A program made the position numbers and the translations under genes. This document shows, piece after piece, positions 8,180-16,392 of a DNA stretch of 32,000 nt (its first letter is position 1; every line of letters begins with the position of its first letter). Source of the stretch: Candidatus Saccharimonadota bacterium. GTDB taxonomy: Archaea > Micrarchaeota > Micrarchaeia > Micrarchaeales > Micrarchaeaceae. Where the stretch lies: contig OY970071.1 of the NCBI GenBank assembly GCA_963705375.1, positions 720,001 through 752,000 of the forward strand, given 5' to 3'. The notes beneath the pieces were generated by a model. It searched no databases and was not told the DNA's origin. It worked only from the letters and a program-made list of their open reading frames with translations.

Positions 8180-8485
8180 ATGCCTGCAAACAAGCGACTC
8201 CTATCCAGCGAGATAGCAAGCGAGCGCATCGACGTATTATTTAAGCTTGCGAAAGAGTGTGCAGCCACAGACATGAAAATGTCTAGGGAGTATGTAAGGC
8301 ATATTAAGAGACTGAGCACACATTCCAGGATGAAGCTGCCAAAATCGGTAAAGAACAGCGTGTGCAAAAAGTGTGATTCGGTTCTGATTCCTGGACTGAG
8401 CGTGTCTGTCAGAGTTGCAAGCAGCAAAAGGTATGTGGTCTACAAATGCCTTGCGTGCGGCACAGAAAGGCACGTGCACTACTGA
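8180..8485 (+). CDS. rnp4: RNase P protein component 4 (Rpp21/Rpr2)
   Basis: 101 aa. An N-terminal helical RIDVLFKLAKE...YV.HIKRLS segment is followed by a Zn ribbon, CKKC...LIPG...RV...YKCLACG. The ATG abuts the preceding stop. Confidence 0.85.
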   Translation: MPANKRLLSSEIASERIDVLFKLAKECAATDMKMSREYVRHIKRLSTHSRMKLPKSVKNSVCKKCDSVLIPGLSVSVRVASSKRYVVYKCLACGTERHVHY

Positions 8486-8889
8486 CGCAAACTTAGCAGT
8501 TTTGATAGCTCGGCCACGTCGTCAGGCATGATCTCCGTCCTGCCCGTGTATCGCTCGTTGTATGGCCTTTTTGGATACTTCGGTATTACATGAACGTGAA
8601 AGTGGAACACGGCTTGGCCTGCGTCTCTCCCTGTGTTTGTGACCACGCTCACGCCTGTCGCGTTGAGCTTGTCTATGCACAGCGCAACGTATCTCTTTGC
8701 GACCACGAACGCATGCTCAACTATCGGATCAGGGGAATCCAGGATGCTCTCGTTGTGACTTTTAGCTATCACAAGCACATGACCACGCTCTGCCGGAAAC
8801 TTGTCAAGAATAACAAAGCATGTTTCGTCCTCGTACAACGCAGTTTTTAGGCCTTGATCCCTCAACGCACAGAAAATACACTCTTCCAT
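8479..8889 (-). CDS. HIT-family nucleotide hydrolase/transferase
   Basis: Histidine triad HFHVHVIP, an N-terminal C.FC and GHVLVI.K.H. The track start (8901) is TTG; the ATG at 8889 gives MEECIFCAL. Confidence 0.9.
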   Translation of the reverse strand: MEECIFCALRDQGLKTALYEDETCFVILDKFPAERGHVLVIAKSHNESILDSPDPIVEHAFVVAKRYVALCIDKLNATGVSVVTNTGRDAGQAVFHFHVHVIPKYPKRPYNERYTGRTEIMPDDVAELSKLLSLRQ

Positions 8890-8897
8890 AAAACACC

Positions 8898-9065
8898 TCA
8901 ATTCAGTTGCGCATGCTTCTTTATAGCACCCATCCCTTTCAGATACGCGATTATCGCAGTCTCTACACCCGCCTTTGCCTCAGAAGGCGTACTGCCTCTT
9001 CGAGCTATGCCCAACTCATCACAGTACGCGACGTAGTCTGACTCGTTTTTTGCGATTATTATCGT
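8898..9065 (-). pseudogene. HicB/UPF0150-like small ORF without a canonical start codon (ACG where Met is expected)
   Basis: My own translation gives (ACG)IIIAKNESDYVAYCDELGIARRGSTPSEAKAGVETAIIAYLKGMGAIKKHAQLN*. The frame is open over 8898-9107 with no ATG, GTG or TTG before codon 18. Y.AY..ELG....G.T..EA......AI..YL resembles the UPF0150/HicB N-domain. Confidence 0.4.
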
Positions 9066-9334
9066 AAGTTTTGTCTGTATGTAATCACAGGCGCACGCAA
9101 TTTTAAACTAGGCACATTTAACTAAGTTTCGCTCAGACTGGCAATAGCGGAAGTACCCTAAACTGCAGCGTCGAGACAAGTCACCTTAGTCAAAACAACA
9201 AGAAACATCAATCACCAGACGACTGTACGAGCATGCCTGTACATTAAACAGCAAATATGAGGTATTTAGTTGCGGTAGATATCAGCAAAGATCGTTCCAA
9301 CAAATTTTCTCGATGAAATTGTCAAAAACGGCAG

Positions 9335-9344
9335 AAATATATAT
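9335..9344 (+). promoter_or_regulatory. TATA-like box for the 9374 gene
   Basis: AAATATATAT lies 30-39 nt upstream of the ATG, consistent with a very short leader. Confidence 0.3.
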
Positions 9345-9373
9345 CTGGAAATTATATACTATTGCTAGATAAA

Positions 9374-10270
9374 ATGGCCAGCACAGAAGTCACAACACAG
9401 CGAAAAATACACATAAACGTGCAAGATAATGTTGGCGGATATGAGGTTTTGGCAACTTTGCACAGGCAAAATGCGGAGGGTACAGAGCAGAGTAAAAAAA
9501 TAGCAGACAACAAGTTCGTGGACGGATGCTTTCTAAGTCTTGAATATAGCAGCCACTTCCATCCGGATGAGCCGCCAGATAGGTATGTATGGATCCGCTC
9601 CTCAGCACCAATGCCACAGTATGTGTGGACTAGCACTATAGTGATACATGAAGCGCCCGGAGTGCCGTTCGGAAGAGAGGTCAAATATTGTGGTTTGATA
9701 TTTGAGGTGCCGGAACAATACCAGGGCATGGTAAATATGGCACTCTTACTTGATAGCTCCACAATACATTTAACAGAACTGGAGCGCACCGAGCCGGAAG
9801 AGCAGATGCTTCCGATGATAATCATAGATGACGAGGGATTCCGTGTGTTCAGGCAGGAGGAAGACAAAAGAATGCGACTTGATGGGGATGTGTCAAAAGT
9901 TCAAACATATCCTGCCGTGAGCGGTTACTACGAAATTGATGAAGATACGGGAATACCAATAGATATGCCCATTTCTGACGACGCCCGGATTTTTGATGAT
10001 GTCCAGCAGCCGCGTTTCCTTGAGCGCATCGATGGCACATACATAGGCCTTGTTATTCGCAGCACATCTGAGCATTGGCTCATACGGTTTGCAAACCCCA
10101 AATACGGATTTGGCGCCTTTGTTGTCTACGAAGGACCAGATAGATTGCCCCAAGAGCTCATTGCAAACGCGAGGACATGCCTAGAAAGATCATCTAAGAC
10201 TACAAAGAAAGAGCTCCTGAAGTTGTTAAGAGATGTGGTCGATACGGCAGAGCAGGATGATTCTAATTAG
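9374..10270 (+). CDS. Hypothetical protein (298 aa)
   Basis: Taken from the ATG (MASTEVTTQRK...), because the track ORF begins at a TTG 12 nt upstream. The composition is acidic and protein-like, and the antisense ORF 9352..9867 is Ser-rich junk. No family recognised. Confidence 0.55.
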   Translation: MASTEVTTQRKIHINVQDNVGGYEVLATLHRQNAEGTEQSKKIADNKFVDGCFLSLEYSSHFHPDEPPDRYVWIRSSAPMPQYVWTSTIVIHEAPGVPFGREVKYCGLIFEVPEQYQGMVNMALLLDSSTIHLTELERTEPEEQMLPMIIIDDEGFRVFRQEEDKRMRLDGDVSKVQTYPAVSGYYEIDEDTGIPIDMPISDDARIFDDVQQPRFLERIDGTYIGLVIRSTSEHWLIRFANPKYGFGAFVVYEGPDRLPQELIANARTCLERSSKTTKKELLKLLRDVVDTAEQDDSN

Positions 10271-10280
10271 TAAGCAGAGA

Positions 10281-10386
10281 TGGGCCCGGGGAGATTTGAA
10301 CTCCCGACCTACGGCTTTCTTATTCGTGAAACTTTTTTGAAGTTTCTTATAAGACCGCCGCTCTAACCAGGCTGAGCTACGAGCCC
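10281..10386 (-). tRNA. tRNA-Ile with genomically encoded TAT anticodon and a 31-nt intron at 37/38
   Basis: The reverse complement reads GGGCTCG-TA-GCTC-AGCCTGGTTA-GAGC-G-GCGGT-CTTATA[intron AGAAACTTCAAAAAAGTTTCACGAATAAGAA]A-GCCGT-AGGTC-GGGAG-TTCAAAT-CTCCC-CGGGCCC-A. A central 4-bp helix CTTA/TAAG is flanked by two 3-nt bulges (BHB). The body resembles archaeal tRNA-Ile. Confidence 0.8.
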
Positions 10387-10437
10387 ACGTGATGCTTAAT
10401 TACGAACAAAATATTTATGCCATTCGCTGCGTCAATA

Positions 10438-13400
10438 TCACGGCATCGTGTAATTGTTGATGACCCAAGGCGCTTTTGGAGGCACAGGCGGCAGCGAGCC
10501 GGTGAAGTTATTGAGCTCCAATATCCGCACAGGATATGTTCCGTTCACGAAGTTGATGCCCAATGTGTTTGTGGGATAGACCTGCGTGAATCCTGGTAGC
10601 GATCCGAAGAAGAACGCATTGTAGAAGTTTGATGTGTAGAACTGTGATGGAGCGTTGGTTATCGTATAGTTTGGAGCGTTCGGAAGGTAGATCATCAGAT
10701 ACTCGACAAACTGCGTTCCACCTATATTGGCCACGCCAAGATAGTCGCTTGCCTGTATGACTGCGTTTATCTTGGTGCCTGTGGTGTTGTACACTGTAAG
10801 GACGCCATTCTTGTTTGGCGTCGCGTTCACACATACAGTGGTGTTTGAAACAGAATTGCCTATGACAAGGTATCCGCTGATCAGAATGCTTTTGCTCGTA
10901 GATATCGAGCAGTAGTTGTTAAGGCTCTGCTGCGCCGAAGAGGTGTTTGAAGATATGAGCGCAGCCAAAGGCAGCAATGCGTATTGAGGGTCATGCGTCA
11001 TTTCGCATTGTGACGTGCCAAGCATGTACGGCACTGGTGGGTTTTGTTCTTTGCCTTGCGCAGTGGCATATGCCATCGATGTGGCGTTGATGTTCACACA
11101 TGCAAGGAAGTTAAGGGCCTGCCATTTTGATATCAAGTCCTGATCCACCAGAAGATACCTTGATTGGTTTTTGTTCATGTAATCGGCAAGCGCTTTCGGA
11201 GTGTAGTTGTACCTTGATCCAAGAACCAGCTGCGCTGCAGTAGCGTAGTCCTCTTTTGCCACAGAGTTGTCTCCGCGCAGGACTGCGTTGCCGTTGCCGA
11301 ACCAATTTATCCAGTCGCCATAGTCCCACCATGAAAGGACTCTTGGCGCATTGGGCCCGACGTTTCCTCTTATCCAAGCCATCGCGTTGAGCCAGTATGC
11401 AGGTATTGCGTTGCAGTACAAGCCATAGCCCATAGAGTTCCCGCTGTTTGAGATGATGTTGCACGCTTTCGAAGCGTTTGACATGTACACAAACATTGCG
11501 CTGACGGCTTGGCATATGGAACTCATCTCACCATAGAAGAACGTGTGTATTGATGTGAAAGAGAATGCAGCCAGAAGTATGCATATGATCACCAAGTCCC
11601 TGTTGGTCTTGGTGCTTTCTTTCTTTATCTCATACCGGTACAATAAGAGGTACGCAATCGCAATCAGCGTCAGAACAAAGCCGAAAACGAAGAAAAGGCC
11701 GACAAGGACAGCTGCCTGAACTTCGAAGCCGTGCTCCTTGTATATTGCGCCTAGATCATAACGGCTGTCTTCATGGACGTGGAAGCGTGTAAGATATATC
11801 AGAGACACCAGCAACGCAACGAACATCAACCCAAGCGCAACTGTAGTCGGCGGATTGAAGCTGTAAAGTGCGAATGAAAGCAGCAAAGAGGTAAAGCCCA
11901 GTATGAATGCGACCAGAAGCACCACATCCCAACGCTTCACGTTTGATGATTTGTAGCTGTTGTACTTCAGAAGGTAGAACACCTCACCTAGCATTATTCC
12001 GAAAAGCAATATGTAAGCAGTCCCGAAGTGGGGCAAGTACTTGACTTCTGAAAATCCTGCGGCCATCAGAGGAAGCGCCACTGACATGTAGAGTATTCCT
12101 GTCTTGCTCTTTCTGAACCCTATAGATAGGAATATGAGTGTGATTGAAACCAAGCATACAAGCCACACGAAGACAGGAGCCACAATCGAGTTGCCAAGTG
12201 AGATGTTTGGGGAACCCAAGGCTCCGAAACCAGCGCTTGAAAAGTCATAGAGCGGGCCTGTTGGCGCGAATTCCTGCACAGTCATGAACAGCGCTTTTGA
12301 CGGTGTGGTGAATCTAGTGCTAAGCTCTATGTAGCTCATCACGGGTTTTCCTAATCGTGTCGTAAGGACAAGAATTGAAACCACAAGCAACATAAGCATC
12401 ATGAATGCAAGGTTAGTGAAGAAATTCGACTCCTTGATGAGCACTTTGTTCTTTGCCAAGAGCTTCGGCACAAAGTCGATCACTGCAACAAGTATCAATG
12501 CAAACAAAGGCGCAGCTATTATTATCGGAATGCCTATTATGCTTGACAGGTTGCTCTGCAGGGTGGCCTCGTACGGCGCATAGAGCGCATAGAACACAAT
12601 CACAATCGCAAGCACTATCGCGTTCATCTTGTAGAAATCGTAAAGAGACTCTCCACGCAATATGTCGATGATGCCCTCTAACACCACATAAACTGCAAGA
12701 ACTCCGGCAGTCACAGTGTAATAGTGGGCACCTAAGAATGTCGATGCGAATGCTATTCCTGCGAGTATGGCGAACCTTTTGCTCTTTGGATTCTTGATGG
12801 CAAGCATGTATGTCGCGAAGAAGAAGAACAGGGTAAATATGCCCCACGGCTCAACGAGCTGCTCTCCTGCTATGAAAGTAGTGAACAGCACAGGCATCGC
12901 GGCAGTGAGGCCAGCACCTATCAACCCTATCACAGGGTCGTATTCGTGATAGAGCAGCATGAATATTGTAAAAACAAGCAGTGCTGCTGTTATAGGAGGG
13001 TATATGCTTCCGACATAGCTCATCAGGGAGGTGCTGAATGTAGTGTAATGGAACTTCAACGAGTTTGCAAGGCCGTACCAGTAAGCCTCGAGGTACGGCA
13101 CTATGGGCTGCAGCCTGTGGTTCGTGCCAGCGGCAACGATCGGCCAAGAGCTAGGGTCGAGGAGCAGCTGATGGCCGTACGTGAGTATGTACTCCGAGTC
13201 CATCATGTCGAAGTACGGGTCGAACTCATAGAACTTCGGAGCTATAACTATGCTCTGCATCCTGGTAAGGAACGTGAGCAGCATCAACACAATCAGTATG
13301 CCCCACACAATCTTTTCAGTATTGGATTTGCCGGTGTGGTGCGCCTCGCTGCCGGCAACATTCTGAAGCTGCGCTTCCTCTTTCTTAGCAAACTTTATGA

Positions 13401-13689
13401 AATCGCCGAATACGCCATCCTTGTAGCATATCGCTGCACCAATTACAGTAAGCAGAAGGGCATTGACCTCAAACAAAGGCAGTGAGAAGGTGAACAAGTG
13501 TATGTAGTTTTCCAGATACGCCTCAAGCCACGTGAGAGTGGCCGGTGCTATAAGGCCGAAAGTAATTCCTATGACCGCTATTTCGAAGGAACGCAGTCCG
13601 GTTTTCCTTAGAAGTGCGAACGCAAGCAGTATTCCAGGCACAAACAAAGATAGGAATGCGATTATGCCCGCCGCTATTAGACCGTACAT
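10438..13689 (-). CDS. aglB: Oligosaccharyltransferase AglB (STT3 family), about 1083 aa
   Basis: Carries the WWDYG motif (LSWWDYGDWINWFG), the EL1 acidic motif YEFDPYFDM, and more than 15 predicted TM helices. The soluble C-terminal domain holds at least 11 N-x-S/T sequons. The ATG at 13689 lies 16 nt after the uS3 stop. Confidence 0.9.
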   Translation of the reverse strand: MYGLIAAGIIAFLSLFVPGILLAFALLRKTGLRSFEIAVIGITFGLIAPATLTWLEAYLENYIHLFTFSLPLFEVNALLLTVIGAAICYKDGVFGDFIKFAKKEEAQLQNVAGSEAHHTGKSNTEKIVWGILIVLMLLTFLTRMQSIVIAPKFYEFDPYFDMMDSEYILTYGHQLLLDPSSWPIVAAGTNHRLQPIVPYLEAYWYGLANSLKFHYTTFSTSLMSYVGSIYPPITAALLVFTIFMLLYHEYDPVIGLIGAGLTAAMPVLFTTFIAGEQLVEPWGIFTLFFFFATYMLAIKNPKSKRFAILAGIAFASTFLGAHYYTVTAGVLAVYVVLEGIIDILRGESLYDFYKMNAIVLAIVIVFYALYAPYEATLQSNLSSIIGIPIIIAAPLFALILVAVIDFVPKLLAKNKVLIKESNFFTNLAFMMLMLLVVSILVLTTRLGKPVMSYIELSTRFTTPSKALFMTVQEFAPTGPLYDFSSAGFGALGSPNISLGNSIVAPVFVWLVCLVSITLIFLSIGFRKSKTGILYMSVALPLMAAGFSEVKYLPHFGTAYILLFGIMLGEVFYLLKYNSYKSSNVKRWDVVLLVAFILGFTSLLLSFALYSFNPPTTVALGLMFVALLVSLIYLTRFHVHEDSRYDLGAIYKEHGFEVQAAVLVGLFFVFGFVLTLIAIAYLLLYRYEIKKESTKTNRDLVIICILLAAFSFTSIHTFFYGEMSSICQAVSAMFVYMSNASKACNIISNSGNSMGYGLYCNAIPAYWLNAMAWIRGNVGPNAPRVLSWWDYGDWINWFGNGNAVLRGDNSVAKEDYATAAQLVLGSRYNYTPKALADYMNKNQSRYLLVDQDLISKWQALNFLACVNINATSMAYATAQGKEQNPPVPYMLGTSQCEMTHDPQYALLPLAALISSNTSSAQQSLNNYCSISTSKSILISGYLVIGNSVSNTTVCVNATPNKNGVLTVYNTTGTKINAVIQASDYLGVANIGGTQFVEYLMIYLPNAPNYTITNAPSQFYTSNFYNAFFFGSLPGFTQVYPTNTLGINFVNGTYPVRILELNNFTGSLPPVPPKAPWVINNYTMP

Positions 13690-13705
13690 TAGCACACAGC
13701 CCTAA

Positions 13706-14329
13706 TCAGCTAGTAAGTATGTACCTTGGAATTTCTACCTTCTTCATCTCCACGCCAGGGAACACAGTGCCTGGAGGGACGATCCTGACTTTGATGCCTA
13801 TGGCACCGTATTTTGGATATGCAGAAACGTGCGCCTCGTTGACTAGCTTCACTACATCACCAACCTTGGGTATGTAGCCGACGACCTTTCTTATGGACTT
13901 TGCCCTTGCGCCCTTCGCCGCGAGTTTTCCACTAGCAACTATCTCGACTCCAAGTGCGCCGTTCTCCATTATCTCCTTAAGCGTTGATTGTATGAGCCTT
14001 CTGGGGTTTATGCCGCGCTCGAGCCTCTCTGCAATGCTCTTTGCCACGAGAAGCGGCTCCAGCATCTTGTTCTCGACTTCCATGACGTTTATCTGTGGAT
14101 TCTCGACTGAAAAGTTTTTCTTGACAGCCTCTGTAAGCTCATTGATCGTGCTGCCAGATCTTCCTATGACGCGCCCAGGGAAAAGCACATAAACAGTTAT
14201 GCGGGTGAGCACTGGAGTCTTCTGGATTTCGACCCTTGAGAAACCTGCACGTGAAAGTGCCTGTTCCAGGTATCTCGCCAAGCTGAGTTTGATTATCGAA
14301 TCATCTATGAACTTTTGCGTTATTGCCAT
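13706..14329 (-). CDS. rps3: 30S ribosomal protein uS3
   Basis: 207 aa with a KH domain (PGRVIGRSGSTINELTEAVKK) and the C-terminal S3 domain (GVEIVASGKL..KGARAK). Operon position is right after uL22. Confidence 0.9.
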   Translation of the reverse strand: MAITQKFIDDSIIKLSLARYLEQALSRAGFSRVEIQKTPVLTRITVYVLFPGRVIGRSGSTINELTEAVKKNFSVENPQINVMEVENKMLEPLLVAKSIAERLERGINPRRLIQSTLKEIMENGALGVEIVASGKLAAKGARAKSIRKVVGYIPKVGDVVKLVNEAHVSAYPKYGAIGIKVRIVPPGTVFPGVEMKKVEIPRYILTS

Positions 14330-15028
14330 TCATACACCTTTTGAGCTTGTGCCCGCAGTTGTGACCTCGGCTTTGTGCTTGGCCGGCTGAGTCGCAAGCG
14401 GGGCCTTCTCAGAAGCAGACTCCACCACAGGAACATTCTCCTTATCACTTTTAATCATAACAACGGGTTTGTTTGCAGCAACCGGCTTCTTTCTTTGCTT
14501 CTTTTCGGCTTTGCCGACTTTCTGCCTTATCGTCTTGCTGAGTCTGTTATAGTCAGAAGTTATCCCAAGCTCTATCTTGGCGAATTCGAGATCGCTGAAT
14601 CTCGTGCTTCCGGGGCCATACCTTCCAAGACCGAAAGCGATTGTACCCTTTGAAGGGGTCCTGCTCACGACAAGCATCTTGTTGGCAGATGAGTGCACGA
14701 CATACATGTCGAACGCGTCAACGCCCTTGCTCTTTGCCGACGCGAGCGCATTGTTCAACAGTTTCTTTACAATCATGGCACACTTCCTCGGCCACCTGCC
14801 CTTGTTGCCGCCAAGCTCGTGCCTGCTTCCCATGTATTTGTTGTTGTGCCTGAACCTAACAGGCTTTTCAAGTTTTATAACGCTGTCCAGGATCTGCATC
14901 GCATCGTCAGTGCTCTTGTACCTTATGGCGTCGCAGACGGCTTTAAGATCCTTGTAGCTCGCATTGACATCCCTGAGGCTCGCAAAAACAATGTCCTTCC
15001 TGTCTTGATTGAAAGAATAGCTTGTCAT
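14330..15028 (-). CDS. rpl22: 50S ribosomal protein uL22 with a roughly 80-aa Lys-rich C-terminal extension
   Basis: The core is KAVCDAIRYKSTDDAMQILD.VI....PVRFRHNNKYMGSRHELGGNKGRWPRKCA..V.KLL.NA..SAK. The tail is KVGKAEKKQRKKPVAANKP...HKAEVTTAGTSSKGV. Confidence 0.85.
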   Translation of the reverse strand: MTSYSFNQDRKDIVFASLRDVNASYKDLKAVCDAIRYKSTDDAMQILDSVIKLEKPVRFRHNNKYMGSRHELGGNKGRWPRKCAMIVKKLLNNALASAKSKGVDAFDMYVVHSSANKMLVVSRTPSKGTIAFGLGRYGPGSTRFSDLEFAKIELGITSDYNRLSKTIRQKVGKAEKKQRKKPVAANKPVVMIKSDKENVPVVESASEKAPLATQPAKHKAEVTTAGTSSKGV

Positions 15029-15417
15029 TTGACCGCCAAGAACTTGCTGCCGCGCGTAGCCCTTATTCCAGGAGCGGAGTGCTGCACGTGCTTTGTTGTG
15101 TGGGAATACTCGCCGAGCCTGTGGCCCAGCATGTTGGTGTTTATGTAAACAGGCAGGAACTCCTTGCCGTTGTGCACCTCAAACCTAAGGCCCAACCATG
15201 ATGGCAGTATCACCGCCTCGCGCACATGCGTCCTTATCGCCTTTGTGCTGTTGAGCTTCTTGCGCTTTTCGACTTTTTCTATAAGCTTCTTGTACGACAG
15301 ACCGTTGCGCTTGATGCTGCGCCGCATCTTTGACTTTATGAGCTGCGAATATGCGCTGCCGCTGACACTTGACATGTCAGCCTGCGTCTTTCCCCTGAAA
15401 AATACTTTTTCTGGCAT
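15025..15417 (-). CDS. rps19: 30S ribosomal protein uS19
   Basis: 130 aa with VHNGKEF.PVYI...MLGHRLGEYSHT.K...HSAPG. Shows ATGA overlap with uL22. Confidence 0.9.
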   Translation of the reverse strand: MPEKVFFRGKTQADMSSVSGSAYSQLIKSKMRRSIKRNGLSYKKLIEKVEKRKKLNSTKAIRTHVREAVILPSWLGLRFEVHNGKEFLPVYINTNMLGHRLGEYSHTTKHVQHSAPGIRATRGSKFLAVK

Positions 15418-15422
15418 TATAA

Positions 15423-16139
15423 TTACCTCTTTTTCCTGCCCATACGTCTAGCTCCGATATTACCGACCTTCCTTCCAGGCGGCGCATTCCTTGATGTGGA
15501 GCTGCTTCTGCCCTTGTGGTGCTGCTTGCCTCCGAACGGATGGTCCACAGCATTCATCTTGACTCCTCTGCAGTGAGGCCAGCGCCTGTTGAGCGGTTTC
15601 TGAATATAATAAGCCTTGCCTGCCTTGACTATCGGAACGTCAGTCATGCCACCCCCTGCCAGGATTCCGAGCTGTGCCCTGCACTCGTTGCCCAGTGTTG
15701 CAAGGCTCTTGGACGGCATTGTGATTGTGGTCTCTGTTTCGGTGTGCGCCGCGATGTACGCTGCGCTGCCGGCGCTACGGGCGAATTTGCCACCGTCGCC
15801 TGGCATTGATTCTATGTTGTAAACGGGAGTTCCTTCGGGTATGTCCCCTAGCTTAAGCACATTTCCCAATCCATAAACTGGCTTGCTGCCGCTTATGTGG
15901 ACTTTGTCTCCGACTCTGATGCCTTCTGGAGCAAGCAGGTAACCGCTGGTGAGGTCCTCATACAAAATCTCCATGAGAGGCGCAGTGTGGCCTGGATTGT
16001 TTATGAAGCGTATGACCTCTCCGACGACATCCTTGCCACTGTTGTTCGGATAGCTGACGATGGTATTGAAAGTCCCTGGCTTCTTGGTGTAGGCGTTTGA
16101 GCCCTTACCGCGCCTTTGCTGCTTTAGCATTTTACCCAT
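15423..16139 (-). CDS. rpl2: 50S ribosomal protein uL2
   Basis: 238 aa with RRWPH.RGV.MNAVDHPFGGK.HH.G...T..RNAPPGRKVG. Confidence 0.95.
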   Translation of the reverse strand: MGKMLKQQRRGKGSNAYTKKPGTFNTIVSYPNNSGKDVVGEVIRFINNPGHTAPLMEILYEDLTSGYLLAPEGIRVGDKVHISGSKPVYGLGNVLKLGDIPEGTPVYNIESMPGDGGKFARSAGSAAYIAAHTETETTITMPSKSLATLGNECRAQLGILAGGGMTDVPIVKAGKAYYIQKPLNRRWPHCRGVKMNAVDHPFGGKQHHKGRSSSTSRNAPPGRKVGNIGARRMGRKKR

Positions 16140-16392
16140 AGCTTACCAACTTCAATTTCTCTGCAACGTCGCTTGCCTTATATTCTTTGGCAAGCTTTAT
16201 GAACGCTTTCTTGGTGTTCCTAGGTAGGTTTATCGTGGCGACACGAACCACTTTAACTCCGAACATGCGTTCGAATTCCTTTGTTATGTCCGTCTTTGTT
16301 GCCCTGTAATCGACAATGTATGTGATGATGTTCGACTTGTCCACTAGACCAACGGCCTTCTCTGTTGAGATTGGGTGCTTCAATATGGACAT
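16132..16392 (-). CDS. rpl23: 50S ribosomal protein uL23
   Basis: The ATG at 16390-16392 overlaps the uL4 TGA by 1 nt. Sequence MSILKHPISTEKAV...IITYIVD.RATKTDI..EFE..FGVKV..V.T matches uL23. Confidence 0.9.
   Translation of the reverse strand: MSILKHPISTEKAVGLVDKSNIITYIVDYRATKTDITKEFERMFGVKVVRVATINLPRNTKKAFIKLAKEYKASDVAEKLKLVSYG

Noticed and set aside
9352-9867. 171-aa minus-strand ORF
   Set aside because: It is antisense to the 298-aa gene, is Ser/Cys-rich, and has no promoter context.
11111-13485. Several 60-179-aa ORFs inside and opposite aglB (for example 12946..13485 +, 12413..12847 -, 11111..11515 -)
   Set aside because: These are off-frame or antisense shadows of a 1083-aa gene with an unambiguous STT3 signature, and their composition is Arg/Cys/His-rich.
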